A DNA stretch of 62,945 bases, counting the filler, from Porpidia crustulata (lineage: Eukaryota): NCBI GenBank assembly GCA_964255105.1. It is 18 parts of 18 records of this genome, joined end to end, with 100 filler letters (N's around TTAATTAATTAA, not from the genome) between each part and the next. Parts side by side here need not be neighbours in the genome. Positions count along the whole stretch, not along the records: positions 45,809 to 49,173 come from CAXUWE010002316.1; positions 49,274 to 52,632 come from CAXUWE010002317.1; positions 52,733 to 56,074 come from CAXUWE010002318.1; positions 56,175 to 59,512 come from CAXUWE010002319.1; positions 59,613 to 62,945 come from CAXUWE010002320.1; 13 more parts are not named here. The stretch is one strand, 5' to 3'. Positions within the stretch are counted from its first letter, which is position 1. Each line of letters starts with the position of its first letter. This document shows positions 48,491 through 62,784 of this stretch, piece by piece. A program made the position numbers and the translations under genes. The notes under the pieces are model-generated. The model was not told where the DNA came from and made no database searches. It saw nothing but the letters and a program-made list of their open reading frames with translations.

Positions 48491-49173
48491 TCACCAAAGC
48501 TCGCAAGTTGGTTCTTTTTGTGGACAATCAAAGCTCTCCCTGAACTCGCGCGAATTGGCCATGGTGCCCTAATTCATACGTCAGTAAAACTAAGCCCACC
48601 CTGCGATCAATGATTTCAAACTCACGATGATTCTCGCCCACGTTGGTGCATGAGGATCTCGGTATATTCGATTGACTGCAGCCTCTTTTCTTGTTTTTCC
48701 ACACCACCAATTCGAATAGGAAATGAAGAAGAGCTGCTCCTTGGAAAACTTCTGAAGGCCAGGCAACAATTGTGCCGGCTTCTTTTCCTCAATTTGCTTC
48801 CATGCCTGGAACGCGGCGCTTAAGCCTCCAGCATCGGCAATGTTCTCACCAAGGGTCAGCCGCCCGTTGACGTGCAGGACCTCATCGTTGGGACCTGGTA
48901 TGGTAAATTCATGGTATTGATCAATAAAGCACTGCGCCTTCTCTTTGAAAGCTTCGACTGTTCGGTTGTTCCACCACTCTGTAAAGTTACCTGTCTGGTC
49001 GTAATGTCTCCCTGTCGAGTCGAAAGCATGCGAAAGCTCATGGCCACTGACGGATCCGAAAGCACCATAGCTCAGATATTGAGGTAAACTTGGGTCGTAA
49101 AAGACAGGTGCTTGCATGATACCAGCAGGAAATACTATCTCGTTGCCGGCGGGGTTATAGTACGCGTTCACTG
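48491..49173 (-). CDS. Peptidase M13 (neprilysin/endothelin-converting enzyme-like), 3' portion
   Basis: VNAYY, GHELSHAFD (HExxH), GENIAD, DPHAP, then an intron and GTMANSREFRESFDCPQKEPTCELW*. Confidence 0.93.
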
Positions 49174-49380
49174 NNNNNNNNNNNNNNNNNNNNNNNNNNN
49201 NNNNNNNNNNNNNNNNNTTAATTAATTAANNNNNNNNNNNNNNNNNNNNNNNNNNNNNNNNNNNNNNNNNNNNGGGTAAGGATTCGACATGGGGGAGAGT
49301 TGATGGTGTGAGCCGTTGGCGTTTCGTGTTTTAGCTTAGTAAGCGATCAGCAAGCCAACTGCAAACCACCTAGAGGTACT

Positions 49381-49440
49381 TACTCAGACCTCACTCACAC
49401 TCTCACTCACTCATACACTCACACTCTCACACCCTCAGAC
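49381..49440. repeat. CA/CT-rich low-complexity (CTCA/CACT)n tract upstream of the Zn2Cys6 gene
   Basis: TACTCAGACCTCACTCACACTCTCACTCACTCATACACTCACACTCTCACACCCTCAGAC. Confidence 0.6.
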
Positions 49441-49746
49441 CACCCTTCCACACCAACAAGGATTAGAGACGAACCTGGTCAAACTTGCAGTTCTTCCACT
49501 TTAGATTCGAACCCGGCAAGCCAACAAGTTGATAAGCTGTCACGTTGGCACTTATCGCCATTTTATAAGCTCCGAGTCTCCCCCATGTGCCTACACTACT
49601 ACTCAGCCTGACATCCTCTCACCTAGGCTGCCTTTTTCATCATACAATTTGAAGCTATTTCCAACCACACCCCCCTCCCTCCCTTTCTGCCGCCTTTTCG
49701 CCCCTCGTTTAATCGTCTCATCTCTTCGTTTCTAGCTCTCAACAAC

Positions 49747-51987
49747 ATGTTTACCACTTTCGTCAACATGCCTCCTTCCAGTGCCTCTACGTCTCCGGAC
49801 GCTCCGCAACCCCAGCCCAGCTCTCCGCCGCCTCCTCGGTCGCGGCAGAAAAAGCGAGGCCAAGTCGCCCGAGCCTGTGACTGGTGTCGCGTCCATCGCA
49901 TCAAGTGTGATAGCGACCACCCGTGCTCGAACTGTAAAGGCAGGGGTGGGCAGTGCAGTAACAGTGGTACCTTGAAATCCGCCACCCTTCCCCATGCCTA
50001 TCGCGAGATCGAGCGGTTGAGGCAGCGAGTGCAAGAGCTGGAGCTCGAGAAGGAGCGGAATGCCGAGATGCCGGTGCACCAGCTTCATACGCCGCCAGCC
50101 AGCTTACCCTCATCCATACACGATGACCAAGATCCTGGGAAAGGTGACCTTGACCTTGGAGGGCCTCGACTGAAGAAGTTCTGGGAGGGCATCCATATCA
50201 GCACTGCCCGCTCTCCACAAAAGACATGGTACGGATCGTCGTCGCTATTCTACTTCATCGGGCGTATCAACACCTTCTTGACGTCTGCCTTTCACGAGAC
50301 TCATTCGGCTCACCAAATGCTCCCTAACTCGGCGAGAAATCTACTCGATGGACCGACGACAGTCTCTGCCGAGGACCAAGCCGGTCAGCTTGTGGTCCAA
50401 ACTGATGATCCCATCAACGCCGGTGAATATCTAACCCCGACGCAAGAAGAGTATTTCCTCGGCCTCTTTTGGCAATCTTATTACACATCGTGTCCGATTA
50501 TCGATGAGGTCGAGTTCAAGGAGCACTACCGGTCTTTGTGGGGAACCTCAGACGAGAACCGCAAGCCATCCGCCCTAGTGGACATTGTCATTGCTATTTG
50601 CATGCAGTATGGGATGGCACGGCTGCCAGGCGTCGGACGTGGACTCAGCGCTGCTTCAAGGGCCAACGTGAGCAACACTGATGCCACTATCGCCGGTCGA
50701 TGGCATTATCGGCGCTGTCAGACGCTCCTGTCAACTGAACTGGAAAGCCCGACCATATCAACGCTGCAGTGCCACATCCTTTGCTCTATATATCTATGCT
50801 GTGGATCTTTCCAAAATATGGCGGATAATGCCTGCAATCTTGCGGTGCGGACAGCTTATATGCTCGGTCTACACCTGGAGCCTCCGCAGTCCATGCCGCG
50901 GCGGGAGACGGAGATGCGGAAGCGCTTATGGTGGACCCTGTATGTCTTGGAGACCAAGATGAGCATGAAACTTGGCCGACCGTTTCTAATCCATGATTCC
51001 GGTACTACATGTAGTCTACCGGCCGATGATCGTGAGATTGCCATGCTTTCAGGCTCCAGCTTTGCACCTCTCGGAGAAAATGTCACCTGGCTGACATGGA
51101 ACCTGCACAACACCAAGCTTACATTGGCAGCCCGGACAGCCTACGCGATCTTCTGCGACAGAGACCCGGACACCTTCAATATATGCAGTGGCCAGCCTAT
51201 TACGGAGCGGCTAGAAGAATGGCTAAGAGGCGTACCCGGAGCCCTTAAAACGAAACGTCAGAATAACGGCGTGCCCTTTTCCACCGACCGATCACCCCTC
51301 CAAATTGAACAATTTGCACCGCTTTGGCTACAGCGTCAGCGCTTACTTCTAGAGCTGATGTACCACAACTTTTGCACAAATCTCTACCGTCCCTCCATCG
51401 CCTTCGCCCCAGCTACCGCGCAAACTTCTTTTGCGGACAAGACCGCCATGAAATGTGCCGCCCACGCTATGGCGCTGACGCACATGATGCATCAAGTGCT
51501 TTCGTCAACCTCCATCCTAGCAGGCTGGCACGAATCCTTTCAGTGGCAGTGGAATGCAGCTATGACGCTCATTGGCTTCGTACTGGCGCATCCGCGTGGT
51601 GCTTTGACTCAGGCGGCGAGAAGTACCCTCGATCTTTCTATTGCTGTTTTTGAAAATTTTGGTAACAGCTTCGCGGTCGCCGCTGGCGCGGCTAATATTA
51701 TGAGTGAACTCTGTGCCAAGGTTGACTTGCTCAACGAGCAAAGTCCGGGGAAGGAGGGTGCTGGGCTGGATAAAATGCAGCTGGTCAAGGGTTACCAACG
51801 AGGCGAGGATAGTTTTATGAATGGGAATTTCACGGCGGCGCTGACCGTGGACGGACCCCTGAGCTTTTTCGACGAGACTTCTGCCGAACTTACGGGCGTT
51901 TTAGCCCAGTCGATCGACATCTTCGGTGCGGACTTTTACAACGATTTCGACCTGTCGGGCATCGATAGCGGCTTCCCCAATCAGTAG
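49747..51987 (+). CDS. Zn2Cys6 binuclear cluster transcription factor with Fungal_trans middle homology region
   Basis: RACDWCRVHRIKCDSDHPCSNCKGRGGQC, coiled coil, AVRTAYMLGLH, EMRKRLWWTLY...KLGRP. 746 aa, single exon. Confidence 0.93.
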   Translation: MFTTFVNMPPSSASTSPDAPQPQPSSPPPPRSRQKKRGQVARACDWCRVHRIKCDSDHPCSNCKGRGGQCSNSGTLKSATLPHAYREIERLRQRVQELELEKERNAEMPVHQLHTPPASLPSSIHDDQDPGKGDLDLGGPRLKKFWEGIHISTARSPQKTWYGSSSLFYFIGRINTFLTSAFHETHSAHQMLPNSARNLLDGPTTVSAEDQAGQLVVQTDDPINAGEYLTPTQEEYFLGLFWQSYYTSCPIIDEVEFKEHYRSLWGTSDENRKPSALVDIVIAICMQYGMARLPGVGRGLSAASRANVSNTDATIAGRWHYRRCQTLLSTELESPTISTLQCHILCSIYLCCGSFQNMADNACNLAVRTAYMLGLHLEPPQSMPRRETEMRKRLWWTLYVLETKMSMKLGRPFLIHDSGTTCSLPADDREIAMLSGSSFAPLGENVTWLTWNLHNTKLTLAARTAYAIFCDRDPDTFNICSGQPITERLEEWLRGVPGALKTKRQNNGVPFSTDRSPLQIEQFAPLWLQRQRLLLELMYHNFCTNLYRPSIAFAPATAQTSFADKTAMKCAAHAMALTHMMHQVLSSTSILAGWHESFQWQWNAAMTLIGFVLAHPRGALTQAARSTLDLSIAVFENFGNSFAVAAGAANIMSELCAKVDLLNEQSPGKEGAGLDKMQLVKGYQRGEDSFMNGNFTAALTVDGPLSFFDETSAELTGVLAQSIDIFGADFYNDFDLSGIDSGFPNQ

Positions 51988-52949
51988 GTATCCACGCAGT
52001 AGTGCAGGCAGGAGGCGGAGCGTCAACAGGTCTTAGTTTCTGATTCGAGTTGGTGTCGGCAAACATCTTCGAAGTGAAATCGCCCATAAATGTGATGCCG
52101 GAGAAAAGGTCTTATTGGCGAGGTCACCTTTCGTTGCGTGCCTTGAGGAAAGCATTAAAAGGTTTGTTATTGGTATATAGAGGCGGTAAGAAGCTTTAGA
52201 AGGGGTAGGGAGCTGTCACGAAGCGCGCAGGGCGAGTCATGCCGATTATGAATGGACTACGGCTTGGTTCCAAAACGGGAGTAAGGGCGCTAGAAACACT
52301 TCCGTCAAGCCATCATGTATCATCAAAAATGTCATTCAGAGTCAAGAAGAGGAATTTCCAATATCACACATCTCTATGCGCCTATATATGGGAATTAATG
52401 AACATATTTGCTTGCTTTGCTTAATCAGTGTACGGAGGAAACATGCAGCTACGTTCCAAAGCAGACAGCTCAACAGCATAAGAATGCGGACTTGACGCTC
52501 AAAGGAATACCATATTCTGAAAGCCAGCAACTGTCCGGAGTTTGCCCTTCACGAATACGAGAGACTAGAAACTCTATGTCCAACAGCGACAATAAAGGCA
52601 ACGGGAAAAGGGATAGGGGGAGGGGAAGGAAGNNNNNNNNNNNNNNNNNNNNNNNNNNNNNNNNNNNNNNNNNNNNTTAATTAATTAANNNNNNNNNNNN
52701 NNNNNNNNNNNNNNNNNNNNNNNNNNNNNNNNGGTGATGTTTGGAAAGGGAGGATGGGGTGGTGGGGTCATGGTTGTGGGTGTTAAGGGTGGTTGATGGT
52801 GCCGGAGGGTGTGGTGAGAGGTGGTGGTATAGTATGAGTTTAATGTTTGTATTCTATTTCGTGGGAGAGAGACAGAATTGTAAAGGTGGGACAGCGTTAA
52901 TGCGTGGAGGAAGCGTCATAAGGACATTGAACGAAGAGAAGCGAAAAGG

Positions 52950-54020
52950 TGCAACGTAGAGAGTGAGACGGCTTTCGGCAAGAAGCAGGTTATGGGAGAT
53001 GAGAAATTTGGATGATACGATCTTGTGGAAGCGTGATTTTACACTCATCAAAAGCTGTGCGGTAAGTTGATTCGAATAAGTAGTAGGAGCTCTTCTCGAA
53101 GTCTAGGAATCGAAATAATTCAACATCATTTCCACTGCTTTCGACAGAGGAAAGTATTGTGATCGATAGCGCAGATCTAGCAGAAAAGAAGTCATCCCAC
53201 AATCTTTTCATCAGAGACCGTGTTTGATTTAATCTATCGACTCAGCATGAATCTGCAGACACCATTCTAGTAAGTTCGACTTCCGAAAGAGGGAACACGA
53301 TCACAATCACGTGTTTCATCCATCCCACCGTAATCGATCGAATGAAATCTCTGTCTCATCAGAGTCTCAACAATAAAATACGACAGCTTCTACGACATTC
53401 AACTTCGATAAGATTCTTCAAGAGCTTCTTGCTCACGGCTTCAAAAGAGAAGGGTCTCGCTCGTCTGATACCGCAAGCGGTCTTATAAAATCGTGGTGAA
53501 GTGCTCTCAAGGCCCCAGTATCCACAGTATCTATGCTGTATGCATCTGCGAATCATCGAGGAGCTAGCTAGTAGATTCTTCCTCTCGATCTTGTTGTGCA
53601 ACGTTGAATTTAGGAAAAACCTTCTCTGGACTTCGATGACGGCCGAAGATCTTTATTCGAAGATTATACAGTGTATGCGTAGTGAGCAAAGCCGTTTGAT
53701 CGGGGTTGAAACGTTTCTGAAATTGTTTTTGGTGACGAGCATCGTGTGTTCCTTTTTTCTCCTTAGCTACTGGTAATTTTCCTTTGATTAGCACATTAGA
53801 TACTTTGAATCCACGCTTTAGGAAAAGAGACGATCACGTTGTGCTCAGTAATCGCAAGAAAGCTCTAATTTGGTCGTTGCTGCTACATGAATATATTCAC
53901 AGATTGAGGCATTGTGACATTGTTCTTACAAGCAGTTGCTCGAGCTTGAGCCTGCGATTAATTGCTCATCACCGTATGTACTCTAACTTGTTTTTCACAA
54001 GTTAAGTATGATGAGCAGAT
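52950..54020. other. CC/GG-depleted degenerate sequence (hypermutated relic of unknown origin)
   Basis: No CC or GG over 53330-53436, and both are sparse throughout. Fragmented protein-like frames; the family is not identifiable by eye. Confidence 0.4.
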
Positions 54021-54298
54021 CAGACTACCACGAGTAGAATTTGGGGCTCTAGGGCTGGCTAGGTAACGTGGTTTTATTGATAATGGAGGATTGAGGGCGA
54101 GAATTGTGCAGACGACATCATTTCTGAACCAAAATGGCAATCGGCTTGCCGTTGTGACGTACGCCCATCGTCTATCCCTGCGGCCATTGAAGGCGTAGCC
54201 CCGGAGCTGTGGCTCAGCCGTTCAGGCATCCGAGTAACCTGATAAGGTAAAGGGCTTGTATGTTTCGCCACGCTTTCCAACATGACCAAAGTGGAGAT

Positions 54299-55541
54299 TT
54301 AATTGGCATTGCCTTTAGTCTTTTTCCGCTTCTTTGATGCCTTCCAAGCCACGTTCTCTGCTTCCCCATCATCTCCCTGCCGCTTCTTCGAAACCACTCC
54401 AGCTCCTGGCGCATCGGCACCATCCATCTTGGTCTTCTTTCGCTGATGTTTCTCTGTCGTGGTAGCAGTATCTGGTTTCTCGTCGACCAAGGCGGAGGAT
54501 TCATCACTATGACGCTTTCGCTTCTTCCGCTTCTCCGCCTTTTCTTTCATACGCGCGTCGACCTCGGCCGAAATATCTTCTAATTCAATTTCTTTGTTCC
54601 CTGGGCTTTCCGGTAAGGTTCCGCTATGCTGCTTCTTTCGCTTTTTCAATGGCTTTACTTCCACAGGTTCAGGAGATGGAGAGCTTGTCTTCGTCGGCCG
54701 ATACGGTACGCCAGGTAGATCTGCCGGCGACGACTGGGTATCAATGGTAACGTGCGAAATATCTCCCTTGTGACCACCTCCTGTATGTTTTTCTTCTTCC
54801 ACTTGACCATTCGTAACATGATCTTCGGATCTAGGCGTTGATTCGACGCTCTTCTTGACCTTTCCAACGGTTTGCGGATCAGTGAGCTTTGCAGACTTCT
54901 TCCTCTTCAAGCCTCTTTCTCGAACGCCATCATAATGATTTTCGCCAGGCTGACTTCTCCGGGCTTTACCATCTGCAGTAGGTCCCTTCGACCCAGAACC
55001 GGTATCACTACTGCTCCTAGCCCTTTTGACCACGTCTGTATCCCTAAGCTCTGCCAACGTCTTCCTCTTAATGCCCCTTTCTCGAGTGAATTCGTGGTCA
55101 TCGTTTGCCTGCACGTTTTCAGGGTATATTGATATTATAGGAGATCCCGCGCCTCCATGCGCCTGCGGACTCGCCGAAGGTACCTGTTCACCTTTAGATA
55201 ATATTCTACCGCCGTCCAAGCAGTAAGACGTACATAGTCCCTGGCAATCTCCTTCGAAGCGTGAAGCATCTCCGTCGCCCTATCCACAAACCCAGAAATG
55301 CATCGATAATCGTCCGTTGCAGGAGTGGTGTGCTTCTTGACCATTTGAAGCATCTTCAAATGGCCCTCGACGAGGGATATGTGATGTTTAAATATCTGTG
55401 ACGAAATACATCAGCTCCAAGGCCATTGGCTAAGAGCTCTCGGCACAAGAATGCACGCACCTGGGTCCATGGGATTATTTTTCCAGATCGGGCCCGCTCA
55501 TTTCCTAGATCTGAGGACCTTTGATGACAGTTTCCCTCCAT
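54299..55541 (-). CDS. Hypothetical Lys-rich (probably nuclear) protein, 3 exons
   Basis: MEGNCHQR...IIPWTQ|IFKHHISLVEGHLKML...EIARDY|VPSASP... spliced via GT-AG introns into ORF 54299..55219. Contains EDISAEVDARMKEKAEKRKKRKR and multiple NLS-like basic runs. Confidence 0.7.
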
Positions 55542-55725
55542 AGTAGAGGCGACTAAGCCAGCAGACTGGCTGACGAGTGTTTCGCTTGACTCAATTATGT
55601 TGACTTTATGTACAGTGCGGGTGTGCTTGAACTAACGGCGCCGTTGGAATTGCAAGGTAAGCGAGTGTTGACAGGCATTCACGCGCGCTTGTTGTATCGA
55701 TCTGAAATTCTGAACATCCTAACAC

Positions 55726-55776
55726 ATCTCGTCTTACGGATGTCTCTATCTCATCTTACGGATATCTCTATCTCAT
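55726..55776. repeat. 22-bp tandem duplication (2.3 copies)
   Basis: ATCTCGTCTTACGGATGTCTCT / ATCTCATCTTACGGATATCTCT / ATCTCAT. Confidence 0.75.
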
Positions 55777-56301
55777 ACCCGTAAATGTTGGGAATCTCTG
55801 GCCTTTCTATGAAATGACTATTACCATTGTCACTCAAGTCCAAGGCATAACACAAGAAGGAAGAGTGATATGCCAAATGAGCCAATTCACATCATCCTGC
55901 TGCCGACAATTGACCAGCCTTGCCCCCAATTTTGCCTGATACTTCTCCCAAACGCTTGGATAAGACATCGCGACAAGAAGTACAAGAGCAAATATAAACA
56001 CTCGTTGCTTTGTCTGTCTATAAGTTTTTACATCGGCACCTCCGCATCGCCCATCTCCCGCCCCTTCTCTAAACNNNNNNNNNNNNNNNNNNNNNNNNNN
56101 NNNNNNNNNNNNNNNNNNTTAATTAATTAANNNNNNNNNNNNNNNNNNNNNNNNNNNNNNNNNNNNNNNNNNNNGGTTTGGGGTGTGCACGGGACCGGAA
56201 CGTGCACGGGCCCGGGAATACTCCTATCTGTTCGGCTATGACGCGAAAAATTACCGATAGATACTTTTTCTCCACAACGAACCTCCAAGTCTTCAGTAAA
56301 A

Positions 56302-58479
56302 ATGGCAAAGCGCACGCACGCTGAGGTAGAGGCTGATGTAGCCGCATCTTATTCATACTTGACCAATGGCACCAAATCAAAGGAACATAAGAACAAGCAC
56401 TCCGCCAGTAAGAATGTTGATAATGTTGCGAGCGAACAATCAAAAGAGGAGCGCAAGGAGCTGAAAAGACTGAAAGCCCTTGAGAAAGAGAAACGATTGC
56501 ATAGACAAATTTTTAGCGGGGGAACAGAGCATGGCGCGATCGAGAAGGCGGATGAGACTGAGAGGGTGGTACGAAAAGCTGAGAAGGCACAGAAAAAATC
56601 AAACAAACAGCGCGCCGATCCGGAAAAAAACACTGGAGATGTGGACATTGATGGTTATTTAGGCGCGGAGCAGGAGTCCAAGCAAGGGTATGATCAAACA
56701 GACGCGGTTGGCAAGTTTGTCCACAAGTCTGAGAAGAAACGACTGAAGGCGAAGAAAGATTTAGAGCATCAAAATGGCGTGGAAGTCTCACGCCATAACC
56801 ACTTTCCGCAAGAAATTGAGCCTCAAGATTTAAAATACTTACAGAATGGACGTAAAGAGGATGTGGCTGACCCCGCCGCTACCAAAGCACTACGAAGGGC
56901 GGAGAAGAAGCGACTACGGGCTATTAACAACTCGAAGGACAAAAAGCACAATAAAGTATCAATAGTCACAGATCAGAATCATTCGGCTTCTCCAGAACAG
57001 ACCGTATCTTTGGTAACAACCATTTCCAAACACCAATTCAACTATACCGAAGACCCATCTCTCTCAGCCCTCCCCCAGTCAGAAGTCGACTCTTTCCTTT
57101 CCAAGCATTTTATCACGATCACGGATCCCTCCACAACAGCTACCCTCCGCCCTGTTATATCCTTCTCCCAACTTCCCAAAGTAACGGATACTTCTGCCTT
57201 CGCGACTTTCAAATCCCCCACACCCGTCCAATCTGCCGCTTGGCCCTTCCTGCTCTCTGGGCGTGACGTGATTGGCGTCGCAGAGACCGGCTCGGGGAAG
57301 ACTCTGGCGTTTGGCATACCCTGTATACAAACGATCAAAAGTCTCCCTCAACCCAGCAAACCTCATGGGACTATGGCAAGAGCAGTGATGGTCTCGCCCA
57401 CTCGTGAACTCGCTGTGCAAATACATGATCAAATCTCCGCTCTTGCTAAACCAGCTGGCTTGAACTCCGTTTGTGTATATGGCGGCGTGCCTAAACCGCC
57501 TCAAATTGCCGCCTTACGCACCGCTCACATCATTGTCGCGACGCCTGGTCGTCTCAACGATTTAATCTCTGAAGGCAGTGCAGATCTCAGCGCTGCGACA
57601 TATCTCGTTCTTGATGAAGCCGATAGGATGCTTGACAAAGGTTTCGAGGACGAGATCCGCAAGATCATTTCATGTTGCCCAAGCACGGCCATGGGAAGAC
57701 AGACGGCCATGTTTACGGCTACATGGCCTCCCTCCGTCCGGGATCTGGCAGCGACTTTTATGAAAAATCCTGTACATATATCCATCGGAGATAACCAAGG
57801 TGGTGAGCTACGAGCCAACACACGCATAGAGCAGCGTGTTGAAGTCGTGGATCCTAGGAGTAAGGAACAGCGGCTGCTCCAGATCATTAAAAAGCATCAA
57901 TCTGGCAAAAATAAAGATGATCGGATCCTTGTGTTTTGCCTATACAAGAAAGAAGCAACACGTGTTGAAAATTTCTTGAGATATCAGGGTCTAAGGGTCA
58001 CTGCGATACACGGAGATATGAGCCAAGAGAACCGCTCAAAGAGCCTCGAGAGCTTCAAAAGCGGAGCATGTCCATTGCTTGTTGCTACGGATGTAGCAGC
58101 TAGGGGATTAGACATTCCGTCCGTAAAGCTGGTCCTCAATTGCACTTTCCCACTGACTGTGGAAGATTATGTGCATCGCATAGGCCGGTATGTCTCATCG
58201 GCTTCCATCACATCCCGTTCTGTAAAGTTCATCACTGATATTGCGTATAGAACCGGAAGAGCAGGCAAAGAAGGCCTAGCTATTACCCTTTTCACCGAGC
58301 ACGACAAGGCCCAATCCGGCTCCCTCATCAACGTGCTCAAAGCAGCAGGACAGCCGGTTCCGGAAGCACTTCTCAAGTTCGGCACAACGGTCAAGAAAAA
58401 GGTTCATGAAGCTTACGGCGCTTTTTATCGCGATCCAGGTGCGGAAGTGAAGGAGGCCACTAAGATTGTTTTTGACTAG
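56302..58479 (+). CDS. DBP3: DEAD-box RNA helicase Dbp3 (rRNA processing)
   Basis: Lys-rich N-terminus. Motifs [68 protein letters not shown] (intron 58188-58250), [16 protein letters not shown]...TKIVFD. Confidence 0.95.
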   Translation: MAKRTHAEVEADVAASYSYLTNGTKSKEHKNKHSASKNVDNVASEQSKEERKELKRLKALEKEKRLHRQIFSGGTEHGAIEKADETERVVRKAEKAQKKSNKQRADPEKNTGDVDIDGYLGAEQESKQGYDQTDAVGKFVHKSEKKRLKAKKDLEHQNGVEVSRHNHFPQEIEPQDLKYLQNGRKEDVADPAATKALRRAEKKRLRAINNSKDKKHNKVSIVTDQNHSASPEQTVSLVTTISKHQFNYTEDPSLSALPQSEVDSFLSKHFITITDPSTTATLRPVISFSQLPKVTDTSAFATFKSPTPVQSAAWPFLLSGRDVIGVAETGSGKTLAFGIPCIQTIKSLPQPSKPHGTMARAVMVSPTRELAVQIHDQISALAKPAGLNSVCVYGGVPKPPQIAALRTAHIIVATPGRLNDLISEGSADLSAATYLVLDEADRMLDKGFEDEIRKIISCCPSTAMGRQTAMFTATWPPSVRDLAATFMKNPVHISIGDNQGGELRANTRIEQRVEVVDPRSKEQRLLQIIKKHQSGKNKDDRILVFCLYKKEATRVENFLRYQGLRVTAIHGDMSQENRSKSLESFKSGACPLLVATDVAARGLDIPSVKLVLNCTFPLTVEDYVHRIGRYVSSASITSRSVKFITDIAYRTGRAGKEGLAITLFTEHDKAQSGSLINVLKAAGQPVPEALLKFGTTVKKKVHEAYGAFYRDPGAEVKEATKIVFD

Positions 58480-58547
58480 TCGCTAAACGCGAATACTCAA
58501 TCCATTGGAGCGCCGGTGAACGTTGGCGCACTTCCATAATCAACATC

Positions 58548-59150
58548 TTAATCCTCAACGCGAAATCTGCACCTCATCCCCGGAACAACATCCAAACTTC
58601 CCTCAGCCGCTTTCCAGTCCCCGCCGCCCGCAGTCTCACTTACAATTTCCTCGAGGTTCCCAAGCATATACGCATGTTCCGCTACCTCTCCAATCCCAAT
58701 CCCGTACTCCTCCCCCGGTTCCGAAACTTGCATGCCAATGGGGAACATCATCCCATACCTCTCGACACCCCTATCCTTGAACATCTCATACTCATACCGC
58801 TCACCATAGGGCCTAAAACTCACTCGCACGACGCCGATCTCTCCCGGTCGCAGACCCAGGATATCGCCCTTGTGTTGCGCGCTCAGTTTCGGTATAGCTG
58901 GGCCATTCGTCGGAGTGTCGACGCGCGGTACGTATTCTCGATTGCCGCTACCGACGCGAGTGAGCGTAGTGGCGCTTCGAAGGTGCAGCGGCCACAAGCG
59001 GCTGCGTTTCAGGGCGATGATTATTGGCGCGGTGTATTGAAGTTTTATGTGCACTTCGAGCTGAGGCACTTCGATGCTAGAGAATGAGATGTCAGGAGGT
59101 AGTTGCGCGGTCACGTCGAGTCGAGGTGGGGATGTGCTTGGCGGTGTCAT
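58548..59150 (-). CDS. Hypothetical protein, 200 aa
   Basis: Intact ATG-to-TAA ORF with coding-like composition, convergent with DBP3. No family recognised. Confidence 0.6.
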   Translation of the reverse strand: MTPPSTSPPRLDVTAQLPPDISFSSIEVPQLEVHIKLQYTAPIIIALKRSRLWPLHLRSATTLTRVGSGNREYVPRVDTPTNGPAIPKLSAQHKGDILGLRPGEIGVVRVSFRPYGERYEYEMFKDRGVERYGMMFPIGMQVSEPGEEYGIGIGEVAEHAYMLGNLEEIVSETAGGGDWKAAEGSLDVVPGMRCRFRVED

Positions 59151-60224
59151 GGATGATGTGTTCGGTACTGCAGGTATACTGTTCAGATTGTGGATATCTA
59201 GTGCTTCTTGTTGGTTGCTTCTACCAACTCACGTTCATAAATTTGAAAAGCAGCGCAAGCCATTTCGTCCTACAATGTTCGGTGGCCAGGCCGCATGTTC
59301 GCGGGGTCGCGAAGCATTCTCCTTTCCCTCTATCTATTTACTACGTTCCACACACTCCCATCCTCTCTATAACCCGATATATTCTTCAACCACTCTAGAT
59401 TTGATTCCAAAAATTTAACTTTCACCTTTTCAACTAATATAATCCATAGCAGAAAATCAATCAGCTGTGTTTATCACCCTCACTACCACACAACCCCAAT
59501 ACCCCTACATTCNNNNNNNNNNNNNNNNNNNNNNNNNNNNNNNNNNNNNNNNNNNNTTAATTAATTAANNNNNNNNNNNNNNNNNNNNNNNNNNNNNNNN
59601 NNNNNNNNNNNNGGGACGGGGTGGCAGGCGGAGGGGGAGGAGCCAACCCCGAGCTTTTGTTTGATGGACGTGAGTGATGTCAAGCTGGCTTTGCTTGAGA
59701 TATGCTAAATTCAGTGTACAGGTGCAAGGGGATGTGCTGGTGCTGTATGTATATCAGTTGAAGAGTGACGGTAATGGCGTAGAAAATGTGGGCGTTGAGA
59801 AAGTTAATTTTCGTAAAAATAGTGGATTAGCTGTCTAATTGGAACCTTCAAGGTCCTGTCGCAACCCCTTTGTATTCTTCACTATCGCCTATATTCCTCG
59901 TCCTATTCGGTGATGTGATCTAAATGCATTTGAGGAATTCCTTCAACAGATTTGTTCCCTAACCGCATAGTATTCAAGAAATTGAGAGGGCTGTTTGTAC
60001 TGTAATATGTTTTGTATGGGAACGCGTGCTCGTTATGATGTTTACAGGTTGGATTGGAAATCTTGGAAATCTTGGAAATGGTTTACTTTGTTGGCCAAAT
60101 GCCTTTTGGAGGAAGCTTGATACTCAAGTAATATATACAAAGTAAAGAACTACATACATCATACAATCTTTAGATATACCATATCCTTCGTACCTCTCGC
60201 CCTCGCTCTCAACTTTCAAGTTTA

Positions 60225-62451
<2,227 letters not shown>

Positions 62452-62594
62452 CTTAGGAACGATGTCAGTATGTTGGGAAAAGCTTTAGCTATCGAAAGGA
62501 GAATCTGAGCGTTCTATAAGAGTAGACTACACACGAAGGGAAAAAGACCAACGAGGCATGCTCCCAGCCAGAGCAGAAGAATGGGAATAGCTTC

Positions 62595-62784
62595 GCGGAG
62601 AAGGGAAACATGGAATCACTGAATCCATCATAACTCCGTGAAGTACATCGACGGCTAGGCGACGTGTCACTGGACTCTCTCGCAATGCTACAATCGTTCT
62701 ACAATTATTGCTTACAAGTGCGGTCGTAGAAAAGTAGTGAGATTCGGTGGAAGGGCCCAAATGGGGGCGACGGCCGGCCATAGG
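62595..62784. promoter_or_regulatory. Candidate CreA (SYGGRG) and AmyR (CGG-N8-AGG) sites in the glucoamylase promoter
   Basis: GCGGAG at 62595-62600 and CGG-CCGGCCAT-AGG at 62771-62784. Confidence 0.3.

Noticed and set aside
52990..53260. MKRLWDDF resembling a hAT transposase segment
   Set aside because: The flanking hAT motifs (LDPR, dimerisation domain) are absent.
56185..56252. GTGCACGGG duplicate and GCGAAAAATT (RRPE/SCB-like) upstream of DBP3
   Set aside because: The matches are short, imperfect and at a contig edge, so not distinguishable from chance without conservation data.
3480..59612. Regularly spaced TTAATTAATTAA repeats every ~3.5 kb (CRISPR- or repeat-like periodicity)
   Set aside because: They are embedded in N runs of fixed length and are an artificial six-frame-stop linker.
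60054..60079. TTGGAAATC x ~3 tandem repeat
   Set aside because: An ordinary slippage minisatellite downstream of the glucoamylase.
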